Shown one piece after another: positions 38,652 through 52,504 of a stretch of 64,000 bases of DNA. Origin of the DNA: Eledone cirrhosa (taxonomy: Eukaryota). The notes beneath the pieces were generated by a model. That model searched no databases. It saw only the letters and a program-made list of their open reading frames with translations, and was not told where the DNA came from. Numbering within the stretch: the stretch's first letter is position 1; each line of letters opens with the position of its first letter. A program made the translations under genes and the position numbers. Where the stretch lies: the NCBI GenBank assembly GCA_964016885.1, contig OZ024753.1, positions 9,486,001 through 9,550,000 on the forward strand, written 5' to 3'.

Positions 38652-39357
38652 AGTTTAAATGCTAAAAAGTTCAGTAGAAGGCCAATGTTTTGGGGAAATA
38701 GGAAAGTCAATTAAATCAACCACCAGTATCTTACTGGTAGTTTATTGATCCCAGAAGGGTGAAAGGTAAAGTTAACATTGGCAGGGTTTGAACTTACAAC
38801 ATAAAAAAAAACCAATCAAATGCTGCAAAGTATTTTTCCTGTGCTCTACAGATTGTGCCAATCCCCTACCTCTCACAATCGATAGCAATAAATAGAAATA
38901 GTATAATATTCGCTAACAGGGAAACGGTAATATAATCTACTAGAGTGTTACAGAAATTAACATGAAATGCCATTTGGTAAATGGTAAGATCATCTTTATA
39001 CGATCCTCATGTGATATCTATCAGATATCTCAGGGAGGAGGAGGGGGGGTCAGTGTGGTAAGGTGGACCGGCAGGGCGATGGGGGTCAGGGAGAAATAAT
39101 ACTTTGGAGAAATGATATCCAACTGTCAAAAGGTGAGCACTTTTGGTAAGATAATAACATCAATTAACGCCAACAAGATCTATGAAGAGAGAAGAGGAAG
39201 TAGAGGAGGATGAGGTGGAAGGAGAGGAAGAGGTAGAGGGGAGGAAGAGGTAGAAGGGGGTGAGGTTAAGAAATGTATTTTGTCAGTGTATTTTACACTG
39301 TCTGTCTAGGTTATGTTTATCTTCTCACTGCCTTAGTTATCTTCATTACTTAATATC

Positions 39358-39929
39358 AATGGCGGTGGATTGTCAGGAACGGTAGAGGGGCGGACGCCAT
39401 GCTTTGACGCAAAGAGTTACATCCCTTTATGGTCTGAGTTCAAATCCCGCTGAGGTTCACTTTGCCTTTCATCCTTACGGGGTCGATAAAATAAAGTACC
39501 AGTAATACACTGGTATAATTGCTGGCCTTGTGCCAAAAATAGAAACAATTATTTAATATCAATGGCAGTGGATTGCCATGCTTTGACGCAAAGAGTTATG
39601 TCCCTTTATGGTCTGAGTTCAAATCCCGCTGAGGTTAACTTTGCCTATCATCCTTACGGGGTCGATAAAATAAAGTACCAGTAATGCACTGGGATAATAG
39701 ATGGCCTTGTGCCAATAGTAGAAGCAATTATTTAATATCTCAGTGAACTGGCAGAATCGGTAGAGTGTCAGATGCCATTCTTTGCAGCATAGAGTTGTGG
39801 CCCTTTACGTTCCGAGTTAAAATCCCACTGAGGTTAGCTTTGCCTGTCATCCTTACGAGGTCGATAAAATAATGTACCAGTAATACACTGGGACAATTGC
39901 TGGCCTTGTGCCAAAAGTAGAAACAATTA
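39358..39929 (+). mobile_element. Three tandem SINE family B copies
   Basis: ggcggtggattg..gagttcaaatcccgc..catccttacggggtcgataaaataaagtaccag..ggccttgtgccaaaa.tagaaacaatta, three times, each preceded by taatatc. Confidence 0.88.
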
Positions 39930-40206
39930 CTGGATATCTGAGTATGGTATATTCACACACATTCACATACGTAAACACACACAGACACACACACATTCAC
40001 ACATTCACACACAAACACACACCTACACAAATACACACACATAAACATACACACACAAACATACACACACACACTCAAACACAAACATATACACACACAC
40101 AAACACACACACTCTCACAGAGAGTCAGTAAGTGCTACCAAAGATACAAAATATATGTAATTAAAACCCTCATTAGATTAGCTTTTTAAATTGTTGTTCA
40201 CTAAAG

Positions 40207-40425
40207 TAGCATTTACATTACTCTCTATATTTCCTATTGTATGTTTGTGGTAAAGACTTTACCTCACATAATTATCTTACATAACATTGAATCTATGAGA
40301 TTTTGATATTTATTTTGAGAACAATACCTTAATGTTGGTATGAGAGACCAGTTACAGCCGGTTTGAAGAAACAGAGGTGAGAGAATTCTGGCCAGATACG
40401 GCTGGTTTAAATTCTAAAGAGTTAA
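40207..40425. mobile_element. piggyBac-type MITE copy with the left end missing
   Basis: Internal sequence as at 13393; right end taaattctaaagagttaa. Confidence 0.8.
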
Positions 40426-40486
40426 ATAAGGAAATTTCATGTGTAAAACAAGACATGAACAATACAAGAAGAAATTTAGTAAGAAA

Positions 40487-42392
40487 TCATACTGACACAA
40501 CAGCAGTTTCACCTAGTAAAAATATCATACTGACACAACAGCAGTCTCACCTAGTAGCAATATCATACTGACACAACAGCAGTCTCACCTAGTAGCAATA
40601 TCATACTGACACAACAGCAGTCTCACCTAGTAGCAATATCATACTGACACAACAGCAGTTTCATCTAGTAGCAATATCATACTGACACAACAGCAGTTTC
40701 ATCTAGTAGCAATATCATACTGACACAACAGCAGTTTCATCTAGTAGCAATATCATACTGACACAACAGCAGTCTCACCTAGTAGCAATATCATACTGAC
40801 ACAACAGCAGTCTCACCTAGTAGCAATATCATACTGACACAACAGCAGTCTCACCTAGTAGCAATATCATACTGACACAACAGCAGTTTCACCTAGTAAA
40901 AATATCATACTGACACAACAGCAGTCTCACCTAGTAAAAATATCATACTGACACAACAGCAGTTTCATCTAGAAACAATATCATACAATATCATACAACA
41001 GCAGTCTCACCAAATAAAATATCATACTGATACAACAGCAGTTTCATCTAGAAACAATACCATACAATATCATACAACAGCAGTTTCACCAAATAAAATA
41101 TCATACTGATACAACAGCAATTTCACCTAGAAACAATATCATACAATATCATACAACAGCAGTTTCACCTAATAAAATATCATACTGATACAACAGCAAT
41201 TTCACCTAGAAACAATATCATACAATATCATACAACAGCAGTTTCACCAAATAAAATATCATACTGATACAACAGCAATTTCACCTAGAAACAATATCAT
41301 ACAATATCATACAACAGCAGTTTCACCTAATAAAATATCATACTGATACAACAGCAATTTCACCTAGAAACAATATCATACAATATCATACAACAGCAGT
41401 TTCACCAAATAAAATATCATACTGATACAACAGCAATTTCACCTAGAAACAATATCATACAATATCATACAACAGCAGTTTCACCTAATAAAATATCATA
41501 CTGATACAACAGCAGTTTCACCTAGAAACAATATCATACAATATCATACAACAGCAGTTTCACCTAATAAAATATCATACTGATACAACAGCAATTTCAC
41601 CTAGAAACAATATCATACAATATCATACAACAGCAGTTTCACCTAATAAAATATCATACTGATACAACAGCAATTTCACCTAGAAACAATATCATACAAT
41701 ATCATACAACAGCAGTTTCACCAAATAAAATATCATACTGATACAACAGCAATTTCACCTAGAAACAATATCATACAACAGCAGTTTCACCTAATAAAAT
41801 ATCATACTGATACAACAGCAGTTTCACCTAGAACCAATATCATACAACAGCAGTTTCACCAAATAAAATATCATACTGATACAACAGCAATTTCACCTAG
41901 AAACAATATCATACAATATCATACAACAGCAGTTTCACCTAATAAAATATCATACTGATACAACAGCAGTTTCACCTAGAACCAATATCATACAACAGCA
42001 GTTTCACCAAATAAAATATCATACTGATACAACAGCAATTTCACCTAGAAACAATATCATACAATATCATACAACAGCAGTTTCACCAAATAAAATATCA
42101 TACTGATACAACAGCAATTTCACCTAGAAACAATATCATACAATATCATACAACAGCAGTTTCACCAAATAAAATATCATACTGATACAACAGCAGTTTC
42201 ACCTAGAACCAATATCATACAACAGCAGTTTCACCAAATAAAATATCATACTGATACAACAGCAATTTCACCTAGAAACAATATCATACAATATCATACA
42301 ACAGCAGTTTCACCTAATAAAATATCATACTGACACAACAGCAGTTTCACCTAGAAACAATATCATAGAACAGCAGTTTCACCTAATAAAAA
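40487..42392. repeat. Minisatellite: 38-bp monomers changing to a 79-bp (42+37) higher-order unit
   Basis: atcatactgacacaacagcagtctcacctagtagcaat has period 38 up to about 40965; ctagaaacaat recurs every 79 bp (41127, 41206) after that. Confidence 0.95.
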
Positions 42393-43081
42393 TACACAAA
42401 CTACACATTTTATATACTACAAGAACCAAATATACTTTAGTTAGAGAATGGATGAAGATCTCATTAAAAACATCACAAAACAAAACAAGACATGTATCCC
42501 TCTTAACCACAATCTCATCTATTCAAGGGCCTTCTCACTCATGTTAGACGTGTAGTTGCATGCACCATGCTTAGCCAATCTCATAGTTAGAATATAGTAT
42601 ATAGATATCAAAATATAAAACCACCTTTATGTTTATATTGAAATTTGAAATTTGTATAAACATATATAACATGGAAAGCGAAATAACCATAAAAAAAACG
42701 CTTGAAAATGACTTAGAAAACTTTAAAATCAAAATCAAAATTTGGAACATTATCCTCTGAAAGTTCCTTAAACCCTAAAGAAGGGACTTTTATGTCCCGA
42801 AATATTGGACAGAAAAAAAGAACAACAATAACAACAAAACTAAACAAAGATAAACAGGTAACTTACTTTTACTCTCCGTTACCTCATTTTAAGGTCCATT
42901 TTGCATTGTTTAGCCCTCTATATCTTTCAATGTTATATATATATATATATAGTTATGTAATAAACAACATAAGGCAATTATTTCATTTACCAGTGGTTTC
43001 TTAAAAGCAAACAAATTTTGCTTCCAATCATCAGAATGAAAAAATCCTGGTGTATTTATTGGTATTGGATTTTAAAAACCT

Positions 43082-43120
<39 letters not shown>

Positions 43121-43201
43121 CCCCCCCCCAATCTCAAAAGCGTGAACCTAATAAACCTTTATTTGTCTGCCTCTCTGTTTTGTTCCTGTATAAATTTGCA
43201 C

Positions 43202-43233
<32 letters not shown>

Positions 43234-43438
43234 AACATATATATGTAAAAGGGAAACAGAAACAAACGGTACAGTATATGGAAGGAATATATTAGTTTAA
43301 CACTTGAAATAGCAGGAAGAGGGTCTTAAGGTTTCCGACGCTAGTCCTTCATCAGAAGAAAGAATGATTAAATAAGAAAGATTAAGAGGACAGGCAGAGA
43401 GGAATTGGAAAAAAATTTTTTTAGAGAAAAAAAAATAT

Positions 43439-43470
<32 letters not shown>

Positions 43471-44214
43471 GTGTGTGTGAGTTGAATGATGATGATGATG
43501 ATGATGATGAAAAAAATGGAAGCAAAGATGCTCTGCTTGAACTTCTTAGCTGTTCAAATAATAAATATTCACTGTAGGGTTATATATATTATTGTATGTA
43601 TATATATATATATATATTTCTTTTATCGAATTTTCTCTGGAGTTTGTGTGTGTGATTGTATGAGCCTGAGAGTGACAGACGTATGATGATGATGATGATG
43701 ATGATGATGACAAACATACAGAAATAATTGTGTGTGTATGTGTGTTGGTGTGTGTGTGTGTGTGTGTGTATGTTGCTGTATGTTGCTGTGTGTGTGTATG
43801 TTGCTGTGTGTGTATGCACCTCCTGTGTTACTGTGTGTGTGTATGTTGCTGTGTGTGTGTATGTGTGTTGGTGTGTGTGTGTGTGTGTGCGTATGTATGT
43901 GTTGGTGTATGTATGTGTGTTACTGTGTGTGTGTGTGTGAATGTGTGTTGGTGCATGTGTGTATGTATGTTGTTGTTGCTGTACGTGTGTGTATATGTGT
44001 TGGTGAGAGTGTGTGAATGTGTGTTGGTGTACATGTGTATGTATGTGTGTTGGTGTGTGTGTGTGTGTGTATATGTATGTGTTGCTGTGTGTGTGTGTAT
44101 GTATGTGTGTCTGTGTGTGTGTGTATGTATGTGGTGGTGTGTGTGTATGTATGTGTGTGTGTGTATATGTGTTGGTGCAAGTGTGTGAATGTGTGTTGGT
44201 GTACGTGTGTATGT

Positions 44215-45020
44215 ATGTGTATGTATGTTGCTGTGTGTGTATGTATGTGTGTTGGTATGTATGTATGTTGCTGTGTGTGTATGTATGTGTGTTGGTATGT
44301 ATGTATGTTGCTGTGTGTGTCTGTATGTGTGTTGGTATGTATGTATGTTGCTGTGTGTGTATGTATGTGTGCTGGTATGTATGTGTGTTGCTGTGTGTGT
44401 ATATATGTGTGTTGGTATGTATGTATGTTGCTGTGTGTGTATGTATGTGTGTTGGTATGTATGTATGTTGCTGTGTGTGTATGTATGTGTGCTGGTATGT
44501 ATGTGTGTTGCTGTGTGTGTATATATGTGTGTTGGTATGTATGTATGTTGCTGTGTGTGTATGTATGTGTGTTGGTATGTATGTATGTTGCTGTGTGTGT
44601 ATGTATGTGTGTTGGTGTGTATGTATGTTGCTGTGTGTGTATGTATGTGTGTTGGTATGTATGTATGTAGCTGTGTGTGTATGTATGTGTGTTGGTGTGT
44701 ATGTATGTTGCTGTGTGTGTATATATGTGTGTTGGTATGTATGTATGTTGCTGTGTGTGTATGTATGTGTGTTGGTATGTATGTATGTTGCTGTGTGTGT
44801 ATGTATGTGTGTTGGTATGTATGTATGTTGCTGTGAATGTATGTATGTGTGTTGGTATGTATGTATGTTGCTGTGTGTGTATGTATGTGTGTTGGTATGT
44901 ATGTATGTTGCTGTGTGTGTATGTATGTGTGTTGGTATGTATGTATGTTGCTGTGTGTGTATGTATGTGTGTTAGTATGTATGTATGTTGCTGTGAGTGT
45001 ATGTATGTATGTTGCTGTGT
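44215..45020. repeat. 40-bp minisatellite built from GT/ATGT microsatellite
   Basis: atgtatgttgctgtgtgtgtatgtatgtgtgttggtatgt, about 19-20 units, preceded by irregular GT repeats from 43728. Confidence 0.92.
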
Positions 45021-45104
45021 GTGTATATTGCTGTGTGTATGTATGTATTACTCAGCACCCCCATCTAATTCATGTTTGCTGGGGTTTTTAATAACAATAA
45101 TAAC

Positions 45105-45841
45105 AACAACAATAATAATAATGATTTCTAGTATAAGCACAAGGCCAGCAATTTTATGGGAGGGGAAAGTCGATTAAATCGACCCCAGTGTATTACTGGT
45201 ACTTTATTTTATCGACCCCGTAAGGATGAAAGGCAAAGTTAACCTCGGCGGGATTTGAAGTCAGACCGTAAAGGGCCGTAACTCAATACTGCAAATAATC
45301 ATAATATAATTGTTTCTACTTTTGGCACAAGGCCAGAAATTACCCCAGTGCATTACTGGTACTTTATTTTATCCATCCCGTAAGGATGAAAGGCAAAGTT
45401 AACCTCGGCGGGATTTAAACTCAGAATGGCAAGGGCCATAACTCTATGCGTCAATGCATGGCGTCCGACCCTCTACTGATACTGCCAATCCTCCGCCATG
45501 GGTAACCAAGTTAACCTTGGCGGGATTTGAACTCAGACCGTAAAAGGCCGCAACTCTATGCTTCAAAGTATGGCGTCCGATGCTCTACCGATACTGCCAA
45601 TCCACTGCTCTTAATAATAATAATAATAATGATTTCTAGTAGAGGCACAAGGCCAGAAATTTGGAGGGAGGGGAAAGTCGATTAAATCGACCCCAGTATG
45701 TTACTGGTGCTTTATTTTATCAACCCCCGTAAGGTTGAAAGGCAAAGTTAACCATGGCGGGATTTGAACTCATACCGTAAAGGGCCGTAACTCTATGCTG
45801 CAACGCATTGCATCCAACCCTCTACCGACACTGGCAATCCA
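45105..45841 (-). mobile_element. Cluster of about 4 SINE family B copies
   Basis: Repeated consensus with (TAA)n tails. Confidence 0.88.
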
Positions 45842-46234
45842 AATAATAATAATAATAATAATAAAAACAACAATAAAAACAACAACAACAACAACAACAA
45901 CAACAATAATGATAATGATAATAATGTAATACCTATCTATTACAACTTTAGGCCATTTAGTTATTAAGTTATAGGTTTACAGTATCGTTAAATTTATCAC
46001 ACCACCCAAGAAGACACAACAGCTGACCGTATCATATCACAAATCACATTAACCCTAACCATAATACTTATCAGGTTACTACTAAGTCATTTTACATGTT
46101 CCGTCATTAATTTACAATACCATTAAATTGTCCACACCATGTGAAACCACAGTACACAACAATGCAGTAATCTGAACAGCATCACACCATGCTGTACAGT
46201 ATCACACTACACAGGCCAACAAGCTTATGATGTA

Positions 46235-46315
<81 letters not shown>

Positions 46316-46353
46316 ATATAGAGATATCAGGAGATCAATATATAATATATAAC

Positions 46354-46702
46354 AGGAGGCACATGGCTTAGTGGTTAGAGCATTGGCCTTGCAATCGAAA
46401 GGTTGTGAGTTCAATTCTCGGACCGGGTGATGTGTTGTTTCCTTGAGCAAGACACTTTATTTCACATTGCTCCAGTTTACTCAGCTGTAGAAATGAGATG
46501 ATAGGGACTGGGGTCCCTATCTTTCCACTGCAAAGTGGTCGTGGAGGTGCCATGGCAAAAAAGCACCCAGCACTCACTGTAAATGAGGTTGGTGTTAGGA
46601 AGGGCATCCAGCTGTAGAGATCAAGCCAGAATCAGTTCCCGTCTCACCCTTGCAAGCAGGGAAAAGTGGACGTAAAATGATGATGATGATGATGATGATG
46701 AT
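46354..46702 (+). mobile_element. SINE family A, full length
   Basis: Consensus match. Confidence 0.9.
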
Positions 46703-46718
46703 ATGTATATTATATATA

Positions 46719-46761
<43 letters not shown>

Positions 46762-46829
46762 CAAAGATACCAGGTGGTCCATAATATACCAGAGTACTCA
46801 ATACTTAGGGTAGTAGAGTGGGTAATAGG

Positions 46830-46932
46830 AAAAGAGTCAGGACCTCAACGGCTGATCTCCGGCCATCTTGACAGCGAGATCTGAACATGTTCGAAACGGC
46901 CAGAGCTCAGCTGTTGGGGTCCTGAATCTTTT
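46830..46932. repeat. Diverged fold-back hairpin homologous to 7894-7991
   Basis: Same upstream flank (agtactcaatacttagggtagtagagtgggtaatagga) and imperfect arms of about 43 bp. Confidence 0.8.
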
Positions 46933-46954
46933 TGTATATAGTGTATATATAGAG

Positions 46955-47662
46955 TCATCATCATCATCATCATCATCACCGTTTTACGTCCGTTGTTCCA
47001 CGCTAGCATGGGTTAGACGGGTTGTCCTGTTGTGGGCAGTGTCTGGTCGGCTGACCATGCCTTGCTCATGCAGGAACTGATTCTGGCATGATTTCTACAG
47101 CTGGATGCCCTTCCTAACACCAACCTCATTTACAGTGAGTGCTGGGTGCTTTTTTGCCGTGGCGCCTATACGTCCCCTTTACAGTGTGGGCTGGGTGCTT
47201 TTTTCTGTGGGGCCTCCACAACCACTTTACAGTGTGGGCTGGCTGCTTTTTACTGTGGGGCCTCCACAACCACTTTACAGTGTGGGCTGGCTGCTTTTTA
47301 CTGTGGGGCCTCCACAACCACTTTACAGTGTGGGCTGGGTGCTTTTTACTGTGGGGCCTCCACAACCACTTTACAGTGTGGGCTGGCTGCTTTTTACTGT
47401 GGGGCCTCCACAACCACTTTACAGTGTGGGCTGGCTGCTTTTTACTGTGGGGCCTCCACAACCACTTTACAGTGTGGGCTGGGTGCTTTTTTGCCGTGGC
47501 GCCTACACGTCCACTTTGCAGTGGGAGGGTGTGGGGGCATATTGTCTATATGCTTCAGCTTGTACCCATGGGAGGTCGGGTACTCTGTATTACTGCGTGA
47601 TGCCAGAGGTCACGGTCGTGTGCCATCGCCTTTGAGAGGTGTAATTGGATAAGGTCGGCTTA
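46955..47662 (-). mobile_element. RTE LINE 3' end with a 48-bp array of about 8 units (47129-47520)
   Basis: Minus strand has RTE C-terminal remnant ..DRDLWHHAVIQST; unit ttacagtgtgggctggctgctttttactgtggggcctccacaaccact; (tga)n tail. Confidence 0.85.
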
Positions 47663-48240
47663 GAGTATATAGTATATATATAGAGAGAGTACATAGTGTA
47701 TATATATATATATAGAGTATATAGTGTATATATCTAGATTACATAGTGTATATATAGAGTATATATAGAGAGTATATAGTGTATATATAGAGTATATATA
47801 GTGTATATGTAGAGTATATAGTGTATATATAGTGTATATAGTGTACATATAGAGAGTATATAGTATATATATATATATAGAGTATATAGTATATATAGAG
47901 AGTATATAGTATATATATATAGAGTATATAGTGAATATAGAGAGTATATAGTATATATATAGAGTATATAGTATATATATAGAGAGTATATAGTATATAT
48001 ATATAGAGTATATAGTGTATATATAGAGTATATAGTGAATATAGAGAGTATATAGTATGAGTATAGAGAGTATATAGTATATATATAGAGAGTATATAGT
48101 ATATATAGAGAGTACGTATAGTGTATATATATAGAGTATATAGTGTATATATAGTGAGTATATAGTGTATATATAGAGAGTATATAGTATATATATAGAG
48201 TATAGAGTATATATATATATATAGTATATATATATAGAGC

Positions 48241-48723
48241 TTGAGATCGGTGTGGAAGTCGGACCTTCGTAAAGACCTGAAAATCCGCCTCTTCATTGCT
48301 GTAGTGGAGTCTGTGCTGCTGTATGGGTCTGAGACTTGGACACTGACCAAGAGACTCACTCAGATGGTGGATGGGTGCTACACGAGAATGCTGAGGATGG
48401 CTCTGAACATTAAGCAGTATACACTGAGGATGAAAAACTTAGAGCTGTATGGGAGCCTCCCGAAAGTCAGCTCAAAAGTGACACAGAGGAGACTGAGGTT
48501 AACTGGACATGCTCACCGACATCCAGAGTTGACATTGCACTCAGTGATCCCGTGGGAGCCCCTACATGGACACACTAGAAGAGGAAGACCAAGGTTAACG
48601 TATGTTGATGCCCTAAGGACAGACACTGGTCTGTTGGAGATGCAGGACATGGCAGCGATAATGAGGGACAGAGACCGCTGGAGAGAACTCGTCCATGGAT
48701 CTCGGAAATTTTACCCACCCTAG
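48241..48723 (+). mobile_element. RTE LINE C-terminal fragment with an open frame, embedded in TATAG-type low-complexity repeat
   Basis: KIRLF..VESVLLYGSETWTLT..RMLR..RRLRLTGHAHRH..GRPRLTY..RDRW. Confidence 0.92.
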
Positions 48724-48885
48724 AATAGAGTATATAGTGTATGTTGTGATGTCACTGGTCCCAAACTGATCCGGCCATTGCCTTTCCCTTGGACAACATC
48801 ATTGGTGTAGGAAGGGGGTACACACCTTGCCTGAACCTGTGTGTCACTGTGTAAATCTGTATGTATTGCTGAATGTGTGTGTTTG

Positions 48886-48917
<32 letters not shown>

Positions 48918-49019
48918 TTGCTGTAAATATATGTATATGTGCATGATGTACATGGGTGCATGTGTTGCTGCATGTGTGTACTTCTGTGCCAACACATGCA
49001 TAGAGTGCATGAGCACTGA

Positions 49020-49282
49020 TGGTGGTGGTGGTGGTGGTGGTGGTTGTGATAATGGCAGCGGTGGTAGTAGTAGTAGTAGTAGTGGTGCTGGTAGTGGTAG
49101 TAGTAGCAGCAGTAGTGGTAGTAGTAGTAGTGGTGGTGGTAGTAGTGCTGGTAGTGGTAGTTATAGTAGTAGCAGCAGTAGTAGTGGTAGTGGTGATAGT
49201 AGTGGTAGTGGTGATAGTAGTGATGGTACTGGTAGTGGTAGTAGCAGTGGTAGTGGTGGTGGTGGTAGTAGCAGTGGTGCTG

Positions 49283-49313
<31 letters not shown>

Positions 49314-49325
49314 TGGTGGTGGAGG
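49020..49325. repeat. (GTA/GTG)n trinucleotide tract
   Basis: Direct reading; similar tracts at 55637-55998 and 57560-58020. Confidence 0.9.
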
Positions 49326-49810
49326 TTGAACACAATACAATTGTAGAACAGAAGAAAAAGAAAAATAATTTTTTTTAGATCACACACACACTGACACACA
49401 CACGTGCACACACACACACACACACGCAGACACACACACACACACACATACACACTGACACACACACTGACACACACAGACACACCCACACTGACACACA
49501 CATACACACTGACACACACACACTGACACACACAGACACACACATATAGAAAGGAAAGTTCTGGATCAGGTTGCACAGTGATGGGAAACCTAAATGCCAC
49601 CCCCTCCTCACACCACTGATACTATATTAAAGGTAAGTATTAGTGGAAGAGGTGTTGTATTCACCAGGTACTCAAATGACACATCCCCCTGACACCACCA
49701 AAACCTCTTTAACACACTCTCAGTACAAGAAAGAAAATTCATGTGAGTATTTCTTGAGATGTATTTGTGACAGTTGACACTTACTTTTGGCAAGAAAAAT
49801 GAAAAAGATA

Positions 49811-49852
<42 letters not shown>

Positions 49853-49867
49853 TATATATATATATAT

Positions 49868-50307
49868 GGAGGCACATGGTTTAGTGGCTAGAGCATTGGG
49901 CTTGCAATCGAAAGGTTGTGAGTTCAATATTCAGACCGGGTGATGTGTTGTTTCCTTGAGCAAGACACTTTATTTCACATTGCTCCAGTTTACTCAGCTG
50001 TAGAAATGAGATGATAGGGACTGGGGTCCCTATCATTCCACTGTAAAGTGGTCGTGGAGGTGCCATGGCAAAAAAGCACCCAGCCCACTCTGTAAAGTGG
50101 ATGTGTAGGTGCCACGGAAAAAAAGCACCCAGTCTACACTCTAAAGTGGAAGTGTAGGCGCCACGGAAAAAAAGCACCCAGCACTCACTGTAAATGAGGT
50201 TGGTGTTAGAAAGGGCATCCAGCTGTAGAAATCAAGCCAGAATCAGTTCCAGTCCCACCCTTGCAAGCAGGGAAAAGCGGACGTAAAATGATGATGATGA
50301 TGATGAT
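49868..50307 (+). mobile_element. SINE family A with three internal units
   Basis: Consensus match; aaagtgg...aaaaagcacccag unit present 3 times. Confidence 0.9.
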
Positions 50308-50369
50308 ATATACTTTGTTTTTGAATTCGTTTTGTAAGATTTCTTATCTGAAAACATGTGTTGAAACAG

Positions 50370-50634
50370 ATATTGTTATACTTTGGGAGAGTCATGCTGC
50401 CAATAAAAACCAGATGGTGTAGGACAGAACAAAGGAGAGACACAAAAATAAACCTATTCATTGAGGAGGTCATAGAATGCGTGACGAAAAAGCTTTGACA
50501 ATATATAAACAACCATCAGGTTATCGAAACAACCAACAACCAACCAACCGAATATTTAAAAATAAATTGAAGTGAAAACTAACAGGTATGTGTGTTTTTA
50601 TTGGCAGCATGACCCTCCCAAAGTATAACCATAT
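50370..50634 (+). mobile_element. Second copy of the short hammerhead element, with about 41-bp inverted termini
   Basis: Homologous to 6755-7010; degenerate core TTGAGGA..GAAAAGCTT at 50457-50498; 50370-50410 is the inverted copy of 50594-50634. Confidence 0.65.
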
Positions 50635-50801
50635 ATACTGTATATAGATATATCACATGAAGGACTAGCATCTGAAACATTAAGACTCTTTTCCTACTAT
50701 ATCAAGCGTAAAACTAATAATATATTTCTTCATTGTACTGTGTCGTTTGCTTTTTTCATTTCAGTTTACCTTTTGCAGAAATATAATTATAATTTAGAAT
50801 G

Positions 50802-51060
50802 GTGGTCATGGAGGTGCCACAGCAAAAAAGCACCCAGCCCACACTGTAAAGTGGACGTGTAGGCGCCACGAAAAAGCACCCAGCACTCACTGTAAATGAG
50901 GTTGGTGTTAGGAAGGGCATCCAGCTGTAGAAATCAAGCCAAATCAGTTCCTGTATGAGCAAGGCATGGTCAGCCGACCAGACACTGCCCACAACAGGAC
51001 AACCCGTCTAACCCATGCTAGCGTGGAAGAACGGACGTAAAACAGTGATGATGATGATGA
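50802..51060 (+). mobile_element. RTE-type 3'UTR/tail fragment with two units
   Basis: Same 3' end as the 46955 element. Confidence 0.8.
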
Positions 51061-51164
51061 ATGAAAAAAGACCACAGTTATGTATGACACTCAGCACAGA
51101 AGGAGAGAAAGTAGAAATTTATTTCATATACAAATAAATTCTGCAGGACTAAAACTGTTTCATT

Positions 51165-51377
51165 TGTTTGAAAGATTAGTCCAGCCCCGCTTTTTGGAAC
51201 ACTTCAAAAGGCATGCTTGCTGGGAACAGCAAGAACCCTCCGATATGTCCTGAATGTCTGAGGCTGCAGGTAGCGGCTTGATATTCATTTCAACAAACTT
51301 TCCAGTTATATAACTGTTTCTACTTTTGGCACTACAATGACTGAGACTCAAAGAATAATAATAATAATAATAATAAC
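51165..51377 (+). mobile_element. R4/Dong-like 3' fragment
   Basis: Homologous to 1870-2040 and 62410-62580; (TAA)n tail. Confidence 0.85.
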
Positions 51378-51386
51378 GACGACGAC

Positions 51387-52164
51387 GAAGAAGGCAAAGA
51401 AGGAGGAGGAGGAGCAGAAGAAGAAGAAGAAGGGGAAGGAGGGGCAGAAGAAGAAGAAGAAGAAGAAGAAGAAGGGGAGGAGAGGAAGAAGAAGAAGAAG
51501 GCAAAGAAGAAGAAGGGGGAGGAGAAGAAGAAGAAGAAGAAGAAGAAGGAGGAGGAGAAGAAGGCGTAGAAGAAGAAGGCAAAGAAGAAGAAGGCGTAGA
51601 AGAAGAAGGCGAAGAAGGCAAAGAAGAAGGAAGAGAAGAAGAAGGCGAAGAAGGCAAAGAAGAAGGAGGAGAAGAAGAAGGCGTAGAAGAAGGCGAAGAA
51701 GGCAAAGAAGAAGGCGAAGAAGGCAAAGAAGAAGGAAGAGAAGAAGAAAGCGAAGAAGGCAAAGAAGAAGGAAGAGAAGAAGAAGGCGAAGAAGGCAAAG
51801 AAGAAGGAGGAGAAGAAGAAGGCGTAGAAGAAGAAGGTGAAGAAGGCAAAGAAGAAGGCGAAGAAGGCAAAGAAGAAGGAAGAGAAAAAGAAGGCGAAGA
51901 AGGCAAAGAAGAAGGAAGAGAAGAAGAAGGCGAAGAAGGCAAAGAAGAAGGAGGAGAAGAAGAAGGCGTAGAAGAAGAAGGCGAAGAAGGCAAAGAAGAA
52001 GGAGGAGAAGAAGAAGGCGTAGAAGAAGAAGGCGAAGAAGGCAAAGAAGAAGGAAGAGAAGAAGAAGGCGAAGAAGGCAAAGAAGAAGAAGAAGGCAAAG
52101 AAGAAGAAGAAGGCAAAGAAGAAGGAGGAGAAGAAAAAGGCAAAGAAGAAGAAGGTGAAGAAGA
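51387..52164. repeat. Purine-rich (GAA)n-derived compound minisatellite
   Basis: Modules gaagaaggcaaa, ggcgaa, ggaagag and ggcgta. Confidence 0.92.
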
Positions 52165-52504
52165 TGTCCTATGTAAATTACTACAATCGCAAGAAAATAT
52201 ATATTGTTGATGAATTTCTCTTTAGAAAAAAGTTGCTTTTTGTTTTGTTTGCGGTGAAAGAGTGAATGAGTGATGTAATTCTTATATGTAATAAATTTCT
52301 TTCACTTATGTGTACAGTGCAAAAACAAAAATAATAAAGGGTGGGAGAGAAGACCCACCCACTCAATCAAAGATCACAAGGGGCACTGGAGTTGCTCTCT
52401 AATAAATTTTGAAGCAAGCCAACACACTCACAGCTTAAATTTAAAATGGCTTCCATGGAGAAGAAGGAGGGGAGATATTTTAGAGAAAAAAATATCATTC
52501 TTGT

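Noticed and set aside
39033-39132. Exon-like segment ending AAG|GTGAGC
   Set aside because: Weak acceptor, low-complexity G-rich sequence and no recognisable peptide
49549-49742. Strong donor-like motifs AAG|GTAAGT and AT|GTGAGT
   Set aside because: Upstream frames are closed or very short; no coherent exon
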